From assembly GCA_965198175.1 (NCBI GenBank), contig OZ240245.1, forward strand, positions 4,160,001 through 4,224,000: DNA of 64,000 nucleotides. Reading direction: 5' to 3'. This document shows positions 59,442 to 64,000 of the stretch, piece by piece. The notes beneath the pieces are model-generated. The model was not told where the DNA came from and did no database searches. It saw only the letters and a program-made list of their open reading frames with translations. The first letter of the stretch is position 1. Every line of letters begins with the position of its first letter. Source of the stretch: Candidatus Poribacteria bacterium. GTDB lineage: Bacteria; Poribacteria; WGA-4E; PCPOR2b. A program made the translations under genes and the position numbers.

Positions 59442-60707
59442 ATGAAATTCAGAAATCTACACATTGTGCTTTTGATGGTTATTACGTGCCTTTGGGCATG
59501 GAACGTGACAACAAGTGCTGAACCTATCGAATCAACAGAAGGTGAATGGCATCAATGGCGCGGTCCGAATCGAGATGGCATCGCGCATGAAACGGGGCTC
59601 CTCACGAACTGGCCCGAGGCGGGACCAAAAGAAGTCTGGCGAATTTCGCTTGGCGAGGGATTCTCTGCCATCTCTATTTCCAATGGTCGCGCATACACAA
59701 TGTACACCGAAGGTGAGGACGAAATCGTTGTGTGCTTCGATGCGAAGACTGGCGAGGAAATCTGGCGCTATCTTGACGACTTCCGCTTTAAAAACCGGCA
59801 GGGCGGCGATGGTCCCCGTTCCACGCCGACTGTTGATGGCGATACGGTCTACGTGCTCAGCGCCTACGGCAGGTTAGTCGCCTTAGATGCGCTCACAGGA
59901 AAGGAACGATGGGATTACGATTTCACCAAGGTGTTTGAGAGCCAAGTGCCCCAACACGGATTCTCCACCTCTCCAGTGGTTGAGGAAAACCTGTTGCTCG
60001 TCGAAGTCGGCGGTACGGAGAATAGAGCGATTATCGCGTTCAATAAGGAAAACGGCGATATCGTATGGAATACCCAAGGCGACTCGCCAGCTTATTCCTC
60101 GCCAATTACCGTTACAATTCACAACATCCGACAGGCTATTTTCTTTACTGCTGACGGTCTTGTGTCCGTATCTCCGCGGGACGGTCAAGTGTATTGGAGA
60201 TATACTTGGCATACCTCCTATAACGTTAATGCCGCCACCCCTATTTTTATCGCACCGGACAAAATATTCATATCCTCCGGCTACGACACGGGCGCTGCGG
60301 TGGTCAAGATAGAAGAAACTGACGGAAAGTTGTCAGTTTCCGAAATCTGGAGGAGTCGTGTTATGAAGAACCACTTTGGATCGTCAATTCTCCATGAAGG
60401 ATATCTGTACGGCTTCGACGACGGCACGCTAAAGTGTATTGAGGCGAACACCGGCGAAGAACAGTGGAGGAAACGCGGATTCCGAAAAGGCTCTCTAATT
60501 TACGCCGACGGTCATCTCATTGTCCTCGGCGAAGGCGGGAATCTCGCGTTAGTTAAAGCGTCCCACACGGAATATATTGAGGTTGCCCAAACACAAATCC
60601 TCAATGGACGGTGTTGGACGGCGCCAAGCGTGTCTAACGGTAAGTTATACCTGAGAAATAATGAGGAATTAATCTGTTTGGACTTGAAGGGGGCAGAACC
60701 CCAATAG
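59442..60707 (+). CDS. PQQ-binding-like beta-propeller protein (BamB-like), secreted
   Basis: WHQWRGPNRDG, DAKTGEEIW, DALTGKERW, YSSP, WTAP. Confidence 0.87.
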   Translation: MKFRNLHIVLLMVITCLWAWNVTTSAEPIESTEGEWHQWRGPNRDGIAHETGLLTNWPEAGPKEVWRISLGEGFSAISISNGRAYTMYTEGEDEIVVCFDAKTGEEIWRYLDDFRFKNRQGGDGPRSTPTVDGDTVYVLSAYGRLVALDALTGKERWDYDFTKVFESQVPQHGFSTSPVVEENLLLVEVGGTENRAIIAFNKENGDIVWNTQGDSPAYSSPITVTIHNIRQAIFFTADGLVSVSPRDGQVYWRYTWHTSYNVNAATPIFIAPDKIFISSGYDTGAAVVKIEETDGKLSVSEIWRSRVMKNHFGSSILHEGYLYGFDDGTLKCIEANTGEEQWRKRGFRKGSLIYADGHLIVLGEGGNLALVKASHTEYIEVAQTQILNGRCWTAPSVSNGKLYLRNNEELICLDLKGAEPQ

Positions 60708-60929
60708 CGTCAAGATTGGAGAATCCTCTAGAGCAAACTCAAATTCACTTCCAAACTAGCCAAAGGCCGATACCCGCGAGATTCGCAAGTTGGCAAAGAC
60801 GTTGAACAAGTCGAATAAAGTGGAAATAAAGCATTTTTGCATACGACCGATTTCTACTGGGATTGATTGACTATCCCCATCACTGATGCGAATTGTAGAA
60901 ACGAGGAATCGAAGACAAGTAGAATAAAT

Positions 60930-60958
60930 TTGACTCACAGTGCTGTATATATTATAAT
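60930..60958 (+). promoter_or_regulatory. Sigma-70 promoter upstream of moeB
   Basis: TTGACT-N17-TATAAT. Confidence 0.7.
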
Positions 60959-61120
60959 TAACCTTGTCCTAATTGGTCGTTGGTTAGCGTGGAGTTTTCC
61001 GATTAGATTCAAGCAGATGGGTCAACAATGTTTTTCAACTGTGAAAACTAGCAGTCCCCGCAGCCTCATTTGAGATTGGAATAGCGCATCCAAATTACGT
61101 AGTCTCTTGAGGTGACTTAT

Positions 61121-62317
61121 ATGAAATCGTACAGGGAAATCATCGAAGAAACACGGCAGGAAATTCCAGAAGTCAGCATTGAAGAGGTCAAGGCGAAGAA
61201 GGATAACCGTGAACACTTTGTCTTGCTTGATGTACGGGATAACGATGAGTATCGGTCGGGCTACATCCCCGAGGCGTTGTATGTGAGCCGAGGGATGCTT
61301 GAGCTTGATATTGAGGACTTTGTGCCCGATCGGGACGAAAAGATTGTCGTCTACTGCGCAGGCGGGGTTAGATCATTGCTTGCCGCTAAATCCCTCAAAG
61401 AAATGGGGTACACCGACACCGTCTCGATGGCGGGTGGGTATCGGGCTTGGGCGAGCAATGGATACCCAACGGCGAAGGATAAACCGATGACGCCAGAGCA
61501 GTTAGATCGCTATAGTCGTCACTTTATGCTGCGCGAAATCGGGGAAAAAGGACAGGCAAAGCTGTTTGATTCCAAAGTGTTATTTATTGGAGCAGGCGGT
61601 TTGGGATCGCCGGCTGGAATCTACCTCGCAGCTGCCGGTGTTGGCACACTTGGCATCGTCGATTCCGATGCGGTAGAACTCAGCAACCTACAGCGCCAGA
61701 TTCTGCACCGCTCGGAAGCGGTCGGCACTCCAAAGGTACAATCCGCCACAACGACAATCAAAGCCTTGAACCCTGACGCGGAGGTAATTCCTTATCACCT
61801 CCGCCTCGCATCAGACAACATCATGGGAATCATTCAAGACTATGACCTGATTGTCGACGGTTGCGATAATTTCGCAACGCGCTATCTCGTTAATGATGCA
61901 GCGGTACTAACGAATAAAACCATTGTACACGGAAGTATTTTCCAATTTGAAGGACAAGCGACTGTCTTGAAGCCGAATGATGGACCGTGCTATCGCTGCA
62001 TGTTCCCGGCACCGCCGCCACCGGGCATGGTTCCAAGCTGAAGTGAAGCAGGTGTCCTGGGCGTGCTCCCAGGCGTCGTTGGCGTCGTGATGGCAACCGA
62101 AGCGATTAAACTGTTGCTCGGAAAAGGCGATCCACTCATTGGTCGTTTACTGCTTTATGATGCACTCAGCATGCAGTTCCGTGAATTGAAGGTGAATCGG
62201 GATGAGAACTGCCCGATTTGCGGCGAGAATCCAAAGATTACCGAACTCATCTCAGACTACGTTGCGTTCTACGAGACAGATCACACCGAAACAGAGTTAG
62301 CAACTGCTGCGGATTAA
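61121..62317 (+). CDS. moeB: Rhodanese-MoeB/ThiF adenylyltransferase (MoeZ-like), predicted selenoprotein with UGA at 62039-62041
   Basis: Rhodanese YCAGGVRS; RYSRH, GAGGLG, SNLQRQ, CDNF, CYRC; VPS*SEAGVLGVLPG continues in frame to CPICG and TAA 62317. Confidence 0.9.
62051..62077 (+). promoter_or_regulatory. Putative bacterial SECIS hairpin
   Basis: CCTGGG-CGTGCT-CCCAGG (62056-62073), extended by GGTG/CGTC after a bulged U. The loop starts 21 nt after the UGA, with G at loop position 2. Confidence 0.7.
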
Positions 62318-62355
62318 CGTATATCACCAGCATCCTACTGATAAGGATAGAATTT

Positions 62356-62598
62356 ATGCTACCCTGTCCAGATTGTAACAATCCGCTCAGGCAGTTCCCA
62401 ATTGAACCGTCCGGAGTTGATCTGCTTAGTTGTGACGGTTGCCAAGTTGTGGTTCTGTATCGCCTCGGTGAGGAATTTGAGCGTGTGGATGATGTGACGT
62501 TCGATGAGCTCGTTGCCGCCTACGGCACCGAATACCCGATAGATGTTGATCCAAATACGGTTACGCTGCCAGAGGCGGTCGTCGAAGCCCTGGCGTAA
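62356..62598 (+). CDS. Small acidic zinc-ribbon protein
   Basis: AAGGA RBS; MLPCPDC...SCDGC (two CxxC). Confidence 0.7.
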   Translation: MLPCPDCNNPLRQFPIEPSGVDLLSCDGCQVVVLYRLGEEFERVDDVTFDELVAAYGTEYPIDVDPNTVTLPEAVVEALA

Positions 62599-62654
62599 GA
62601 TTCTAAACAATGCGGGAAGATGAACCATCCCAAATGTAACGCGGCCTGCAAGGG

Positions 62655-63518
62655 ATGCTTTCTAAACTCACCCAACCCTTCCGAAAACATCCAGCTTTCA
62701 TACTCCTTTTCCCCGCCCTTTTCTGGCTCATTGTCTTCTTTTTAATCCCCATCGTTTCCATTTTCGTCTATAGTTTTGCGGAACGTGGAACCTATGGCGG
62801 AATCCAGTGGCACTTTACGCTGAAAAACTACGGACAGTCACTGGATCTGCTCTATCTCGGCATTCTCTGGCGTTCGATTTTAACTGGCATCATATCGACT
62901 GGGGTGTGTCTGCTCATCGGTTATCCATTTGCCTACTACCTTGCACGCTATCAACCTCGTGGACGCAATTTGCTGTTATTGCTGGTTGTCGTCCCTTTCT
63001 GGACAAACTTTCTCATTCGTACCTACGCTTGGATTTTAATCTTGCGGACGGAAGGGGTGTTGAATACAATCTTGGGGTCAATCTTTCCGAACGCCCCGAC
63101 TGTAGAGCTACTCAATACCCCAATTGCAGTGCAGGTTGGGCTGATTTATGGATACTTACCCTTCATGATTTTGCCGCTGTATGCCTCATTAGAGAAGCTT
63201 GATCGCACACTGATTGATGCGGCGAAGGATCTCGGCGCAAGTCGCTGGAAGGCATTTATCAATGTTACGTTGCCTTTGAGTATTCCTGGTATCGCCGCCG
63301 GATCAGTGTTAGTATTTATTCCAACGGTCGGCGCATTTATTACCCCCGATCTGCTCGGCGGCGGAAAGGTCGATTATATCGGCAATGTTATTGAACGCCA
63401 GTTCAAAACCGCTCGCGACTGGCCCTTCGGTTCTGCACTCTCCTTTCTGCTAATGGGAATTGTCCTTGTCGCAACGGTAATCTATTTTCGGGCTTTGCAA
63501 GGGCAGGAGGAAACATAG
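62655..63518 (+). CDS. Spermidine/putrescine ABC permease (PotB-like)
   Basis: PFWTNFLIRTYAW, YLPFMILPLY, DAAKDLGA, DWPFGSAL. Confidence 0.9.
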   Translation: MLSKLTQPFRKHPAFILLFPALFWLIVFFLIPIVSIFVYSFAERGTYGGIQWHFTLKNYGQSLDLLYLGILWRSILTGIISTGVCLLIGYPFAYYLARYQPRGRNLLLLLVVVPFWTNFLIRTYAWILILRTEGVLNTILGSIFPNAPTVELLNTPIAVQVGLIYGYLPFMILPLYASLEKLDRTLIDAAKDLGASRWKAFINVTLPLSIPGIAAGSVLVFIPTVGAFITPDLLGGGKVDYIGNVIERQFKTARDWPFGSALSFLLMGIVLVATVIYFRALQGQEET

Positions 63519-63824
63519 GGTGGCAAGGGAAGATTGGCGGTAATTTTCCCCACTTCCTACCTTTCGACAATCTTATGATACCCGAAGAAAAAAAACTAAG
63601 TAGAAGCACCTACCAAACTGCTTATCGTTGTCCGCCAGTCTAACTGGGCGAGCCGCTCGTTTCACAATTTTCATCATTAAGCCGAAACAGTGTTCATGGT
63701 CGATTGCCATCATATTCAAAAATCAAATCACGCTCTTTTTCCAAGTAAATAGCCTTTACAAGAAGGAGCGATATGCTGAAGCCATCAATGCCTATGAACA
63801 GTTGGTTTCGATGAAGGAACAGCG

Positions 63825-64000
63825 ATGTCAAGGAAAATCTATTCCCACGAACAACTCACCGGCATCATTAATCGGGCAAAAGCTCGCAGTAAAACCGTCG
63901 TAACGACCAATGGTTGTTTCGACGTGTTGCACGTCGGGCATCTACGCTATTTGCAGGAGGCGCAGGAACTTGGGGATTTGCTTGTTGTCGGGGTCAACAG
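63825..64000 (+). CDS. rfaE2: D-glycero-beta-D-manno-heptose-1-phosphate adenylyltransferase-like protein, 3'-truncated by the window edge
   Basis: Not in the ORF track. Translates MSRKIYSHEQLTGIINRAKARSKTVVTTNGCFDVLHVGHLRYLQEAQELGDLLVVGVN, with an AAGGA RBS. Confidence 0.85.
   Translation, partial: MSRKIYSHEQLTGIINRAKARSKTVVTTNGCFDVLHVGHLRYLQEAQELGDLLVVGVN

Noticed and set aside
60959..61120. Moco or SAM riboswitch in the 160-nt moeB leader
   Set aside because: No consensus elements recognised, only weak stems.
62039..62041. Genome-wide TGA reassignment, or a simple pseudogene
   Set aside because: TGA ends many complete genes (gmhA, lepA, sat). The match to the conserved Cys plus the hairpin favours Sec over a random nonsense change.

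Overview
A 64-kb bacterial chromosomal segment. The gene content suggests Candidatus Poribacteria or a similar sponge-associated lineage (inference only): several PhyH-family dioxygenases, ankyrin/LRR/TPR proteins, and secreted proteins ending in a dockerin-like plus FlgD-Ig-like tail. Core genes include the argH-pyrF-pyrE-lepA-lepB-lepB' operon, amtB, a TPP-dependent E1a/E1b/E2 cluster, sugar-nucleotide genes, GH116, a CotH-LTD protein and an ATP sulfurylase of the plant/animal type. The best leads are: (1) a rhodanese-MoeB gene with an in-frame UGA at the conserved catalytic-loop Cys, followed by a SECIS-like hairpin (probable selenoprotein); (2) a defence-like island at 44.7-54.6 kb (amber-interrupted type IIG-like methyltransferase, NDT-TIR-TPR, TIR-TPR, Doc toxin), where the long TIR-TPR protein carries an antitoxin-like tail overlapping doc and every internal gene junction has an (AATCC)n-GATTCAGACA repeat; (3) a structured 5' leader at 54.83-54.96 kb with an SD-sequestering stem, an alternative pairing and a pseudoknot; (4) a perfect 32-bp-arm palindrome that fuses a PhyH gene in frame to a sugar transferase. 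Several small disabling lesions are also visible. I saw no rRNA, tRNA, CRISPR array, integrase or transposase. All family calls come from motif recognition by eye, not from database searches.
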